DNA of 64,000 nucleotides from Tilletiaria anomala UBC 951 (lineage: Eukaryota). The stretch is from NCBI RefSeq assembly GCF_000711695.1, contig NW_013547019.1:62001-126000 (forward strand), in the 5' to 3' direction. Positions within the stretch are counted from its first letter, which is position 1; each line of letters begins with the position of its first letter. A model generated the notes under the pieces. It searched no databases, had not been told where the DNA came from, and saw only the letters and a list, made by a program, of their open reading frames with translations. A program made the translations under genes and the position numbers. Shown in pieces: positions 1 through 18,154 of the stretch.

Positions 1-2224
<2,224 letters not shown>

Positions 2225-2677
2225 AGCCAGAGCAAGGTCCGGACAGCAGTCAGCCGGCTATACCCCACGATCAAGGTGGATATAAGCAGAGTGCATTCCT
2301 GTACCAAGTGTACCTCTTGTTAGACCATGGCTTGGACGATCACTCGCTTGATCACTCCTCTTCCCTGCAGGAGATCGTGCGATGCGAGTGAGCCAAAGTG
2401 GGCTTCCTGGGGGGGCAGAAATTGCCCGCTGCAATTCGGTGCAAAACAAAACATTAGCTTCCCCAGATTCCGTGTTCCGACCCTGGCAAGCACGTTATCG
2501 TTGCTCCGAGTTATCTCCGACCGTAGATTGGCTCTCGCTGAACTTGGCATCGCTCTCCCCCATACAACTTCGGAGGCTCGCATGCTTCATCCATCCGTCC
2601 ATCCTTCGCAAAACAGCATCGACCTTGCACAGAAAAGCAACCAAGTAGCTAGCGCTTCCTTCCCATATACAACCTGA

Positions 2678-4677
<2,000 letters not shown>

Positions 4678-5616
4678 GTATCTGCAGGGGCAAGGAGTGC
4701 GAAAAATAGATGTTTGGTTAGAAGCATTTGATGCTAAAGGTGGAATCAGGAAGAAGTGGGCAAATAGGGACGCTTTAGAATTTTTCGATCCAAAAGAATG
4801 AGCAGTTCAATCTCTGCGTTTAACAGACATTTAAACGCACAAATTAGATCTACAGGCTCGGCTAGACCATGCACATTTGCTCTTTTTGCTCGTAAGGGGC
4901 GACGCCCTCGAACTAGGGGAAGACACCATGGTGGACTGAATCTGACCGCAGTCCCGCCGCAAACCTTTTAGCCTAAGGTACGAATTACGATCATGTCGCC
5001 ATAGGCCTGGGGCGCAGGCGGAGGCGCAAGCAAGAAGAATGGGCACGGTGGGAAGGAGTACCAGAACCTGTAGACCACAAAGGTGGAGTACCCGTACGAG
5101 GCACATCCTTGTCTGATGAGCCCTTGTGCATGAAGATCCAGCTCCAGGTCGCACTCGGAGTTCCTATGCACACGCACAACATGCCCTTATGCCGTTTCTC
5201 CAAGTTTGCTTCTTAAGATCGTGTCTTGAATCTTGATCTTATCTCAAATGGCCTTCAACATCTGCTGGGAGTCTGGTCTAGATCAACCACTATACACAGC
5301 CCCAGTTCCCAGCCCTTCTTCAATGATTTGTTCACCTAGGTTCTACGACACATCGTGCGGCAAATCGGCATGCCATTTGCTGCGCTGAAAGAACACGTCC
5401 TGCCTGCTATGATCCTACACCACTGAGCCACCGTTCTTCGATTTGCTCTCGTGCTCAACTCTCAAGTCGGGCACGGTCCAGCATCGAAACGCCCATAGTG
5501 ACAAAGATTCACCTGTCAAATCGGATGCCGCAACATATTGCAGATGGTGCCAGCACGGAATCGTACCTTGGATCAGGACTCTGGAACCTTGATGACGGTC
5601 AATCTATTCCGTCGCA

Positions 5617-7435
5617 ATGGACGAGCAGGAGCATGTCACTGTGCTTCCCGAATTGTTCTCTCTTCCAGCATCTGCATCGCCTCCTTTTAGCATTTCTCAG
5701 CTGCAACAAGCCATTCAGGACGCTTTGAATTCGGATCATGAATCGTTGGCAGACGAGTCAGCTGCTCAGCCTGAAGCAACGGAACAAGATGAATTGCAGC
5801 GTCGCATTTCTCTCCGCAGAATCCGACAGCGTGTTTCTCACGTACATGAGGATGGAGAGCTCTTGCGTAGACTCCGGAAGCGCTGGGAGGACTGGTCTAC
5901 CACGGAAGCTCGGCAGACAAATCAGAAGAATCAAGAGAATTACCGCAAGAGAAAAAGAGGCGGTATCGACGGTGGTCATCAGGCGACGGGCCCGGATGAT
6001 GGACTGCAAGAAGGAGTCTTTCACCTCGTTGAAGTTAATACCCTTCTTGAAGAACTCGACGCTCGGATACCGCTGTCTTTCCGGTTTGCCTCCTACGAAT
6101 CTCCGTCAATCTCGTGGACAGCGAAACGCCCAGCAACGGAGAGCAATGCAGTCTCACTCACCGCGATCAGTGCCTACGCACAGCGCGTGTCGCCGTCCAG
6201 CCAAAACCTCCTACATCAGCCGACTCTGGTATCCGACGTCATCAGCATCGGGCCGCGCGTCAAATTGCAACTCGACGCGCAGCAGAACAGTCTCTCAGAA
6301 GGCGAAGGTCTCATCCTTGACGTGGACATCTATTCGCGCACATCTGTGCCGGTCGCACGGATGTCCCGCAACAAATCCGAAGAGCAGGCGGTACTCGGAG
6401 GTATTGAGGCCAATTCGCCTCGAGAGGGTCCAGATGACGAACCTGCAGAGTCGGAGTCAACCTCAAAGGCGCCTTTGAGCTACAGGAGAAGAGCCCAGGA
6501 TGAGCTCGATGGCGCGCTTACATTGACGCAGTCACTTGAGATTGATTCTCGAAGCTCGCTGAAGCTCTTCAGAGACACCGTCATGTGCAGGTGGAACGAT
6601 CTTCCAGAAGAGAGCCGTGATTCCCTCCGCGGTGGCAGGGCCGTGCCGAGCTACAGCAACCACACAGCGAATGGCGGCTGCGCCCTTTGCATCGAGGATG
6701 TTATTTACTGTGAAGATGTCGTGAGGGGCTATGCAAGGTCAGTCTCTCACTTCTCAATGCCTGCCAGCAAGCTGACAAATTCTCGATCATCATCACAGCA
6801 CATTGCGTTCCCATCTTGCAGAAAAACGATCTGGCTGCAAGCCGGAAGAGATATCTATAAGTGCACGTTCGTTATCCGAGATGACAATCGACAAGCTACC
6901 TGCTCTCCGCACAGGCCGACCATACTGGCTCTGGCATTGTGGTTCATGCCAACACATCTTCATCGTACGCTCCGTCCGTCTCCGACACGCCGACACGGAT
7001 CAAGCAGCCGTGTTGGGACCTCGCATCACCTACCTGGCTGCTGGCTCCGTCATCCGTCCGGGTATCCTCTTTCGCCGTACAGGAAAAGCGGACAACTATC
7101 GTGGCGGAAAGTGCGGAATATGCGACGTACGTTTCCCAGACCTGCTGGTTTTTGGCGGCGAGCGCGTGCATGCGCCGAACTCAGCGTCAAGGGAAACTAC
7201 TTTTGGCCTGGAGGGCATGCGCGAAAACATGCTGGTTTGTCGCGTATGTTACGAGGTCGCGACCGGCCGCAAGGAGCCTGTTGTCCCCATCCCTTCCGAA
7301 CAAGGGAAGAAAGAAGGTAAGGGGAAACGGAAAGCTCAAATGAAGGAGGACGAGATACAAAGCGATAGCGCTGCAGAAGAGGAGCAAGATCACACGCAAG
7401 TGAACAAGTGGACCACTGTCCCCTTGCTCGATTGA
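5617..7435 (+). CDS. snRNA-activating protein complex subunit 3 (SNAP50/SNAPC3-like, C-terminal zinc finger)
   Basis: Intron 6738-6798 joins ORFs 5617 and 6803 in frame. LRTGRPYWLWHCGSCQHIFIVRSVRL, PRITY, CGIC and CRVCY resemble the SNAP50 C-terminal domain. Confidence 0.75.
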
Positions 7436-7490
7436 TCAAGGGTGGGAAGACGCGTGCATGTAATGCATTTCATGACTCTCAACTCGGAGT

Positions 7491-8878
7491 CTATTTTTGC
7501 TTTCCCTCTTTCCCTTCCATCGCTGCCAAGAGCGCATTTTGCACTACTGTGTAGCCCGAATTGGCTAGCCAGTAAACGAGAAGTGCCTGCAAGATCCAGA
7601 GTTAAGTCAATATGGAGTAGCATCTCGAGAAGAGAAACCAAGAAGAAAGGGATTACTCACGCTTGGAACCTGCATGGCGATTGGAACGAAAACGATCGAG
7701 GCCGCTCTGAGTGTATTCGAAATGACAGTTTGTCGGAGCATCGAAATGCTCTTTGCTCGGACGGTGCGGTCCTCTTTAGGCGAAGGGGGCGATGCTGCCC
7801 GTGGTTGGGTCTTCCGTTTAGGTTCGTGCTCTTTGGCACCTTCATGTAGGACTTGCTCGGGGTCCGTTAGCCTTCGTCTCCAAGCGCCTAGTTCGACACC
7901 AAGCAGGGTAATCATGCCAAATGCTAGTGGGCCGAAACCAGTGTAATCTCGTTCGATGAGCGTTAGTCCTTGCTTCGGTGAGAGCATGGAGATCTGCTCG
8001 GCATCGAGTCCACGATCCATGAGGATCTTGATCGACGCAGCGAAACTTGCCTGAGAGTCTGCGCTAGGACCGGCCCAAGGAAAGGGCGCGATCTCGTTCC
8101 CCCATGGCGTTGGAGGTACACAGCCGTAGCGAATAATTGCAGATATGCCTAGGAATATTGGGATGTTGACAATAAGAGGGACAACAAATGTGGGAATAGG
8201 AGCGCATCGGTGTTTCTTCATCAGCGATCCTAGTGTCTCGCGAGCCTGCCAGAAATGCACACTTAGTCAACTAAATAAAGCTTTGAACCCGATACCTTGG
8301 GTCTGGTGTAAGCCAGTTCTCACCGCTTTGTTGAGCTCTAGCTGGTATTCAGCCCGTGATGCCCTTCTTCGAGCCATCTTCTTGCCGATCTCGACCGGCA
8401 GACGTGACTTTGCAGCCTGCCACTCTGGCAGAACATGGTCTACCATCCTCCTGGATCTGCGGCGCTGCCAAAATGTGACGGGTAAGCTGATGGTGGTCCT
8501 CAACGTCAACGTGAGGATGACAATGGCAAAAGAGGTTGCATAGGGTCCTGAGAGATGCAAAGCGGCGGGAAGATCTTGCAGCGCATGCGTAAGGCTCGGT
8601 AGAATGGGTAACCAGTGGTCCGCCACGGCTGCAACGGTAGCATCTTGTTGAATCACGCTCGTTCCCGACGCCAGGCCCGACTGGCTATTGTATCTTCGCA
8701 CATGCTGATATGATCGAAAGGAGAGCTTTGAGGCTATTCGAGGGCCTCTGCTAGACCAATGGCCCACCGTCTGCGTAGAATAACTCTTCACACCCCTCTG
8801 CACAGGGCGCGGTAGAATCTGCGAGCCGCTCGGCCAAGTTGACAAACAAATTCGGCATGCCGACTGGGATGAGGGCAT
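7491..8878 (-). CDS. COX18: Mitochondrial inner-membrane insertase, Oxa1/YidC family (Cox18/Oxa2-like)
   Basis: Presequence-like N-terminus, AIVILTLTLRTTISLPVTFWQRRR, NIPIFLGIS, last exon ALLVYWLANSGYTVVQN ending at TAG 7491. No long C-terminal ribosome-binding tail, which favours Cox18 over Oxa1. Two introns. Confidence 0.85.
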
Positions 8879-9393
8879 GATAAAACGCAAGCTCGAGCTT
8901 GAGCTCGGCTTTGATCTGCAGACGAAGAGAAATGAAACGCTTCTTCGGTTCTGGATTGTCTGTCGTTCAAAGCAGAGAGGTGAAACGGATTATGTTGCAA
9001 TTCCCATTCATCCCATCACAGGTTGAACGTATTTGTTGGAGAAATCAGTTCTCAGCTGGTTGGATGCACGTGCAACCCTACTTTTTCTTTTTGGTTGCTT
9101 GCTGTCTCAGCCTCATTTGTCATGAGGAATCTAGACGATCTCATTCAAATGCTCAACGCTTAGTTGCATTTGTTTAATGTTGCCACCGCGAACGCCTCAC
9201 CTCAAATGATTTTGTCCTATGCTCGTTCGCTTACGATCTGAAATCTGACACCTGACGATTGATGAGCTCCAGAATCGAAGCCAGTGCCCCTCCTGTGCGA
9301 CCCGTCTATCTTCCTTGAATATTCACGCTGTCCTGTTGATTCTATCCTGTCTACGCGGCATCAGCGCCTCGGCATCAGCTACCGCCGGCAAAC

Positions 9394-10370
9394 ATGTCGC
9401 AAGTCTCCTCACCGCGCGTCGCTGTCCTCCATGCCGCGACGCTCTCCCTCGTTCAGGAACGAAGCCGGTCCATCTCCCTTGGTCTACCTGCGTCGACATC
9501 GACCAACAAGCTGATTGAGAAAAATATCAAAACACTCACGAGTAGCGCAACCGAACTGACGGCGGATTTAGAAGAAAAGAATCGGCTGGCAAAAGCAGGT
9601 CGCATTGGCCTTGAGGAGGTCAGAGAGGCAGAGGATGCAGTGACGGAGCTTAAGACAAACTTGGAGAACCTGCTCCACTTGCTTGGGACAGATGAATGGG
9701 CTACAGAGGTTCGATCAAGGACGAATGAATCGTGAGCAGAAGCGAGGAATTGCTTGGAAGTTCACAGTGCTGTAACTGGCTCGACAATCCAACAGATGTC
9801 TGCTTCTTGCACCATCGCAACCCACTTCGTCGGTGCCAGAGCATAGCCTGGCCGAAGCGTCAACAAGCAGGTCAACGTATCCAGTGCAATACCACGACGA
9901 CGTGGAAGAAGATACAGATGTCAACATACGCTTACTTCGAAGCCAAAAGGATCAGATGCAAGATCAGGATGCTCAACTTGACAAGCTCGGTGCAAGCATC
10001 GCGCGCCAACATCACCTCAGCTTACAAATGAACGAGGAACTAGAGTCACAGTACGTGCCGGATTATCTGTCAGGCTTCACAGCGAGCATCTACTGACGGC
10101 GAGCATCACACTGGTAGGGGTGAGCTGCTGAACGAACTGGACGACGGTGTGGGCCAAACGACTCTACGACTGGGTCGAGCTAGCAATCAAACGGACCGCT
10201 TTCGGCGAGCTGCTCGTGACCATGGTGCGTCATCATCGTCATTTCTTCCTCTGCAAGTAAGTCGGGCTGCCCACTGACTCCTTTCCGTTTCCCCATCTTT
10301 TGCAGCATCAAGCTGTACCATCATCGGTCTGATCATGATTCTGGTAACGCTGATCGCGATCTTTAAATGA
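9394..10370 (+). CDS. SYN8: Syntaxin-8-like Qc t-SNARE
   Basis: TLSLVQERSR N-terminus; SNARE motif QDAQLDKLGASIARQHHLSLQMNEELESQ|GELLNELDDGV; C-terminal TM CTIIGLIMILVTLIAIFK*. Three introns. Confidence 0.88.
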
Positions 10371-10582
10371 GACCTGACCTTCTTTATATGGGTCACAAGC
10401 CGCCAAAGCTTCAGACAAACATGTCCCTTTCTCTAGGTGACTCTACAATACAGGGTTCACAAGTGCGAAGCTTGTACGATTATTCGAAACGAGAGAAAAC
10501 AGGTGCTGAGTATCATCTGAGAGGGTATCGGTCTCTACTGCAATCAAGCTTTGTTGTATAATAAGAAGTCGAATAAGGGAAA

Positions 10583-13500
10583 TCAACGAGGGATTGCCTC
10601 TGGTGAGAGTGGGATGTTTGCGATGCGTTCATGGAGCGAGGGTCGCATTCGATGAGATGGGGGATGTTCCGAAAGGATCGCGCATACGGCGACGCTGCTC
10701 AAGTCTGAGCTTTGCACGGACGCATGCAAGTTCCTCCTGAAGAGTGTTCATCTCGTCACTGCGACGATTTTCCATTGTTTGTTAGTCAGTCGTTTGCCAT
10801 AAAGGGCCAACAGCTGAATACGAAGCAACTCACAGCAATTGAATCCTCTGCTTAGTCTGTACCATCTTGAGTTCATCGAGTTCTTCGCGCGCCGCAAGCA
10901 GCTCATCCTTGGCCTCTTCGAGTGCCTCCTCAAGCTCTGCGATCAGTTCCGACGGAGAAGTGTCCATGGTCGGCCTAGCAGCACTCAGGCGGAGCACTTC
11001 ATCTTCGAGATCGCGCACGAGCTGTGCGAGCTGCTTCGAGTCCATGCCGAGCGTCATGGTGCGCAGCGGTCTGGGCTGCGAGACTGGCGCATGAGGAAGT
11101 GCCTTCGCAGGCAACGCTGGACTGACGCCTCCTACGGGAGAAGGGACTTCGGTTGGAATCGTGATGGTCTGGGCCATACCACTCTTTGCTGTTCCTGGGA
11201 CTGCCTGCAACTTGAATGACTTGCGCATCGGCGACACTCGAGGAGAATTTCCTCGAGACGGCGACGGAAGTACATTAAGGGTGGTCGCCACCTTGGCATC
11301 CGAACCTTGCTGAAGGACGTTAATGCTCACGGCATCGGCGACCTGCTTTTCCAAATCTCGGATCCTCTCATCTCTGTGGGTAAGAAAAAGAAACATGTTT
11401 AGTGCCACCCTAGCAACTGCTTAACTGTCAAGCCTCACAGTTCTAGACGGCTAACACTTGTGGACCCGAAATCACGCGTTTTCTTCGCCTCGGCGAGTGG
11501 GCCCTGCGCCAATTGGTAGGCTTCCGTCATTGACGCCAGTTCCGCTTCCAATTTTTCCCGCGCTTCCTGCACACTCGGGAGTTCGGTGGCTTTCGGCTCA
11601 GCTGCTGAGACGTCCTGGTGAGAGATTGCATCGTTGGCAGCGGCGAGCTGCTGTTGCAAGTCCAAGGTCTTATTTTCCCTGTTGGACAGACAAGTCGTGA
11701 GTGAGGGTATGCCCTTGAAACGGAGCTTTCTGGCTTTCCTACTCACAATGCTTGAACCCTTGCTGAGCTTGATGCAAGCTCGAGTTCATGCGTCTTTTGT
11801 GCTTCTTCAAGCAGGTCCTGAGCGGAGGCGTGAGCATCCTTCATAGCAGCGAGCTGTGCTAATAGTCTTTGCTTTTCATCATCCCAGTCCCCGGACTTCA
11901 GCTTCAATTCGTCCACAACTGCCCGCAGCGAGATGATTTCATCTGCTACTTTTGCCCAATCAAGCGTGATCGATGGCTCTACGGAGGGCGACGATGCCGA
12001 GGCCGAAAATGCTCCCGACGCGTTTCGGCTTTTCACTGGCGAAGTGGAAATGGCACTTAAACTACTGGCAGGCTGCTCGAATTGCGCTCGTAGCTTGGCG
12101 AGGTTGCCGATCTGCTTGAGGCCTGCCGGTTTGGGAGTTGCCGTGGTCGCAGAGCGATTGGATGCTGCCGGTTTGAGGGGAGAGTCAATGTTCTGCACCT
12201 CACCTTGTAGGACTGCGCTGGGGAAGAGAGTCGCGAGCGTCTGTAGTGACTCTCCATTTGGCGCTTCAACAGGACTTGAGGGGCCAGCGGCCGGCTTTGC
12301 ACGGGATTCCTCACGAGCGATGTTTCTTTGCTGTGCCCGCTCGTGCGCAAGCTCCTGCTTCGCGGCGTCAAGGGCGACTTGCGCATTTGCGAAGTCCGTC
12401 GTCAGCTGCGAGCAGCGCGTGCGAAGCTCCAGGATGTACTTCTGCGCTGCCAATTCAGGAGTGCCAGCGCCCTTTGCCAACGACACTTCCTCCCGAGCTG
12501 CCTCCAAAATGCGCTGTGACTCCTCCCTCTCGCCAGCGAGCCTTTCGGTATGGGCTTTCAGCGCTGCCACCTCTCCCTTGAGGAGGGCAATCGCGTCTTG
12601 GGCTGCATCTGCCTCAGTTTGGGAGGCAGCAAGCTTCGCTGCCATTTCTTCGAGTGCCTTGGCGTTGTTCGAAGTAAACTTCCGGGGTGAAGCTGATGAT
12701 TCACTCTGACGCTTGTGGAGATCCGAAATGAATGCTTTGGATGCAGTGAGATCTTCTTGCAGATGATCAATTTGGTCAAGAAGTGACCTTTCCTTTGCCG
12801 AAAGCTCCTTGTTGGTTAGCTCGAGCTTGGCGATCTCAGCCCGCAGCTCGTCAGCATCTGCAGAGGACGCAGAGGTACATTGAGCCTCTGATTGGGCAGT
12901 GTTCAGACTTTCGGCTATGATGACATGCTCTGATAGTTTCTTACGCAAACTCTCGAGCTCTGCCTCCAACGAAATGTGTTTGGTCTCGAGGTCAGCAGTG
13001 CGACCTTGGAGCGTGGTCACCTCCTTCTGAGCTGCTGCAGCAGTGGCTTCGCGCTCGTCGATGAGTCGTTGCGACTCGCGCGCAGCGGCAAGTAGATCTT
13101 GTACTTTGCGTTCCATATCTGCGTTATGCATGTCGGTACGCGCACGCAAGCGCGTGACGACACCAGACTCATCTTCGTCGGCCTCGGCCCCGCCAAGCCT
13201 TCTGAGCTCATCGACGAGGTCAGTGATGTGCTCGGAGACAGATGTGATGAGGCTGTCGATATTCTGACCGGCAGTGCTACGCTCTTTCCTACCCACCGCG
13301 CCCATCTTGATTTGCTCAAGCAGATTGTCCATCTCCTCGCGGCCGTCCAACTTGCCTAGCAGCTTTGCACACCGCTTATCTTCCTCGCGCAGACGGGCCT
13401 CGGCGCTTTCGAGACGTCGCTCAAAGGCATGAAAGAGGCTCTCGCGCTCGGCCATGAGGCGGCGCTCAGCAGTGACGGCGAGTTCAAGCTGACGAAGCTG

Positions 13501-16500
13501 CTGTTCGCTCTCGTTTGCTCGTTTTGTCTCAGCTTTAAGCTTGACTGTGCGGTCTTCCGCGCTCTTGGCATGCATCACAGCCTCGTGCTCAGCATTGCTG
13601 GCCCTGTCTTCTGCAGCAGCGTGATCCCTCTCTGCGATCTCAGCCCTGGAGAGGTGCACCTTCCCGAGCTCGATGTGCTCCAAGAGCAAGTTCTTGGTGA
13701 CCTCATGCGCCCTCTGCTCTCCCTTGAGCCCTTCGACCTGCGCTGTGGCCAACCGCTCCGCTTTACGCAGGGCCTCCTGCACATCGAGCAGCTCGCGCTC
13801 CTTGCCGATGCCCATGCTTCGCTGCTGCTCAGACGCAGCGAGCGAATGCTCTGCACTTTCTGCACGCTCGCGCAAGCTCGCAATGGTGGCCTGATGTGCG
13901 AGCGCCTCACGGCGCAGGTCAGCATGCAAGCAGGACATGTCCTCGTGCGTGCGCCTCAGCTCGTCCAGCGTGTGCTCCGCCGTGTCGGCGCGCAGCTGCT
14001 CCTTTTGCAGCGCACGCAGCGTGTCCTCGATGCGGGAGCGTTCGTGCTTGAGCGTCCTGCTCGCCTCCTCCGCTTCGTTGCGGTGCACGTCCGCGGAAGC
14101 CTCCGCTTTGAATGCGCGTGTCTCCGCTTCGGCGGCAGATCGGTCTGCAGAATCGATGCGAGCGCTGAGTCCTGCTTTGTCGCGCACTGCTGCAGTGAGA
14201 TCTGTTTTTAGCTTCGCGAGCTGTTCCAGGAGTGACTTGACCTCAGCGGAGCTGTCGGCTACTGTGGAAGCCGATCGCTCGCGAGTCTGCTGCTGCTGCT
14301 GTCGTTGTTGCTTGAGCGCCTCGACTTGGTGCTGCAAGGCTGTAGCTTCGCTCTTCGCCTGTCTTTCACTGGTATCCCTAGCTTCAAGATTGCTTCGATG
14401 CAGTTCGACAAGCAGGCGCGCCTGGTCGAGCTCTTTCTGTAAGCTCTCACTCGTCTGGCGAGCCTGCTGGAGCTCTGCCTTCAGCTTCTCCACCTCCTCC
14501 AGCTGCTTGCTGCTGCGGTTCTTATTCGCTGCAGCTCCCTCATCCAGCTGCAGCTGCAGCCGCGTGGACCTCTGCTTCTCCTGCTCTAGTTCCTGCTCGA
14601 TCGCCTCCGCACGCTCTTTAGCCACGCGCAGCGCCAGGTCCAGTGACGCTCTTTGCGGATGCAATTGCAAGGGCGCAGGAGTAGCAGCGCGCGGGTGCCC
14701 CTGTTCCTGTCGCGGCATGCTCGTGCTTGCACTCGTGGCAGCAGCAGCGGCGACTGCGACTGCGCCAATGGCCGCGGCATTCTCCCCGCCTGCCAGACTG
14801 GCGCCGTCGCTGTCGACGAGCGTACTCTCCTGCTCCTCTTCAAGGTGGTCCAGGCGCTGTGACAGTACGGCCGTGTGGTGCTCGAGCAGCGCGCGGCGTA
14901 TCGCCGTTGCACGTTCAGAGAGGGTCATGAGCGTCTGCGCAATGCTCTCCACACGTCCTGTCGCTGTGGCAATCTTTTCCTCCATCTTTTCGCGCTCGGC
15001 GGGCGACTGCTGCTGAGAAGCGCTTGCCGCCCCGCCCCGCACTGCTGGCGCTTTGGTGGGACTGTTGCTGTTGGACATGGTGGAGTACGCGCTGGGTGGA
15101 GAGGACGTGAGTATGGAGTCTTGTGGTTGCTCTGCTTTCCCATTGGTATTGGCACCAGCAGTGTTCACAGCGCTCTGGCTTGGCGCACGGCGATGGCTCT
15201 TGCGCAGTGCGATGGCGGCGTCGCGGATGCGCGCCTCAACGCAGAGCTTGCGCTTGGTCTCTGCAATGCGCTTCTCGAGGCGCTCCAGATCGCGGCGCGA
15301 GTCCTGCACCTCTTCGAGCGTCATAACAGGGAAGTGCTCGCTGTCGACACGCGCCTGCTCGACCAGCAGCCGGTTCAGCATCTCGTCCGCGCCTACCAAG
15401 CGCCGAAAGCCGAAGCGATTCGTCGTCGTAGCAGGCTTGTTGCCGCTGACGTCACCGCCGCCGACACCACTCCCACCGATGACGGACGAAGATGAGGAGA
15501 ACCCTAATTGGCTCTGCGCGACTGCTTGCTGTTTCAGAAAGCTGAATGCGGCAAACCCGCCCTTTTTGCCTCCTCCGAGGGGCGGAAGACTGAGGTTGTC
15601 TTCCTCGACCAGCTTGATCGCGTTACTCGGCAGCAGTCCTCCCGGCGGCATGCCTCCTCCTCCTCCCTTGGGCTGCCAACCCTGGCTCGCATCTCGATCT
15701 CGACCCGGCGATGCGGGCAAGGACAGGGTGGCGGGGAACTGCATCTGCATCTCCATCTGTAGCTGCAACCCATGATCGTCCACCTCATTCGCCACGACAA
15801 TGTTTTGTCCCCAGACGCCCCAGTGGTGCGCGCCACTCCCGCCTGCTTCCTCGTCGGCGCATCCAGATGCTGAGGGGGAGGGCCGCCGCGAGCGTGACGC
15901 GGCGGAAGAAATGGAAATGCCGTGGTCGGGCGGCACACCAGGCGCTGCTGCTGCAGCGGTGGCAGCAGTAGCAGCTAGAACAGCTGGAACGACATTAGGG
16001 CGTGAATTGGATCGTTGACGTGCAGCATTGCTCGCACGCGACGGCGAGAGGCTGAACGCGCAATTGACAGCAGCGCCGTTTTCACTGCTGGATTCTACTG
16101 CTGTTGCTGCAGATGGGGTGGATGGCCGCGCGTGCTCGTTCGAGTACGATGACACGCTGGTGGAGGTAGAAGATGGAGAGAGTCGCGCGGAAGACGAAAG
16201 GCCTGTACCAGCCAAGCTAGATGCGGTGGGCTCTGAAGGGTGCGAGGCGTGGTTGGAGGTTAGGGAGGAAGCTCCGACTGATGCTGCTGTGGTTGCGGAA
16301 AATGAGGTTTTTGACGAGGTGCAATCCTTGCTTTGGATGTTGGAAAGGGGAGGAGATGGCTGAAGCGTGAATCGGCCCTCTCTACCGTCTGCATCAGCAT
16401 CCGCATTAGCATGCGAAGAAACATTGCGAGCAAACTCCTTCTTTAGAGAGCTGGAGCTGCTGCCGATACTGCTGCTCCCATTGACGCCCTTCGTCTTCTT

Positions 16501-16938
16501 CCCGCTACCCGGGACTCCGGGACCGTAGGTGGCCAAACTCTCCGCGTCGATGGGGACGATACTCGCGGGCCCGCGGCGTATCTTGATCTCCTCGGCCGAT
16601 GAAACATGCACCAGCTTGGCTTTCGCGGCAGATTTGGACACACTTTTCGTCACGCTCGTAAAGTGCGATAGTTTCTGTTGCTGCTGGGTCGCATATCTTG
16701 CCGGAAAATGATGCCTCGCTACGCCAATGGTGATTGGCGGCGCCGGCTTTTGGCGCCTGGCAAGCGCACCGACACTTGCACCAGCAACGGAAGCAGAGTC
16801 CACGTCGGAGGTGCCAAGCAGGTCGTCGTAGTTGCTTTCAGAGCCGCTGTCCAGCAGCGATTCACTCAGCTGACCGGACGAGTCTGTCGGCGCCGTCTGC
16901 CGGATAAGAGGCGTGGGAGGTGGGGCGAGCGTCGGCAT
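10583..16938 (-). CDS. Large coiled-coil protein with an Up-regulated During Septation (Uds1) domain
   Basis: 1731-aa first exon containing LLVEQARVDSEHFPVMTLEEVQDSRRDLERLEKRIAETKRKLCVEARIRDAAIAL (Uds1-like) and long heptad repeats. Further exons end with the typical QRIQLLDEMNTLQEE C-terminus. Exact 3' end uncertain. Confidence 0.8.
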
Positions 16939-18154
16939 CGCTCACAAGGCGCTGACGACACGCCCCTCCCCCGCTCGTCGTCTCGTTCCCTCGACGCCTG
17001 GACACGGCCTTCTATCGGTGATAGGTGTTGGTGTGAAAATAGGGTGTCATGACGAGGTCTAAGTATGAGTGGTTGCAACACTCGAAACGTCAAAATCAAG
17101 ATCGACTGCTCAAAGGCCATTCAAAGTGGATGAACTGTCAGCGACGCCATTCAGATTATGCCCCAGCCGGGCCACATTACCCGTGGGATGCAGCTCCTCC
17201 ATCGTCATCAGATGCAAGGACAGGATGCTTCCCCCCTGTCCCGAGAGTCAGCCACTCACAATTGCTCGAAATGGCTGGTCTGCCCTGAGCCCGCCCAGAA
17301 GTGTCCAGTCTGTATGTATGCTTCTCTGGAGAACGGCGAGCGTGTTGGCGTGGCAGGGGCACTGTGCGTGTCCAGCCGATACGGAGGTGAGAAGCGAGCA
17401 GCGATCTATCTACTGATAGCCCTCGCCCGTAGATGCCTGGATGGGATAGATGCTGCTCGTGGTAGTGATGCTGGTCTGAGAATCCTCACTGCCCCATCAA
17501 AGATGCGATGAGTGTGAAACTGCGTGCGGCATTCAACCTCCAGTTCGATGTGTGCACTTTGTGATTTGGCTGTTGGAATTGTGGGTGAACTCCGGCTTCG
17601 CCAACAAACACACATACCAGAGAGTTCCTCTGGTTGCTTTTTTTCTTTCTTTTGGCTGGGAATAGGCGCTGCGTCTGTGTGTAAATCTCTCTCCGTCCGT
17701 GCCTTGATTGCTCCACAAGGGAGCGCCCGACAGGCAGCAAGATCACATCTCGGCCGAGAGAAAGGCTACCGCTGTTGGGCCCCACACAACTGCGCTCGCA
17801 AGTCGCCAATCGCATGTTGGAACCTCTCAATGGCAAACATCCAACTGTTCGAGCTGGGACTGGGTGCCAAACAGTGTACCTTTGTGCATCACATCAAACT
17901 TCGGCCATTTGCACGCATCGCTCTTGATGCTCACTGGCTGAGCTAGCACAGTGAACGGAATCACCTGGCGTGCCAAAGGGCGAGTTGGATGGATTGTGCA
18001 AACTTCGCGCTCTCGTCCGACACAAGAGGTATCCCTGCATCCTTCCCGTGAGGCCTCGCGGGTTCTGCCTTTGCTTTCTGCGAGCAGCGCGATTATACAC
18101 TCGTAATATTATTCCGGGGTGGCAGGAAAACCCAGAGCAAGGCAGGAAAGCAAC

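Noticed and set aside
4831..4930. Minus-strand peptide MVSSPSSRASPLTSKK resembling the start of mitochondrial ribosomal mL41
   Set aside because: No following KDFYKG-type motif, and no room before the MET3 3' end; probably chance.
11933..16363. Long plus-strand ORFs opposite the Uds1 gene (similar ones lie opposite MET3, YAT1 and ERV46)
   Set aside because: Antisense shadow ORFs expected from GC-rich codon usage, with no protein-like motifs.
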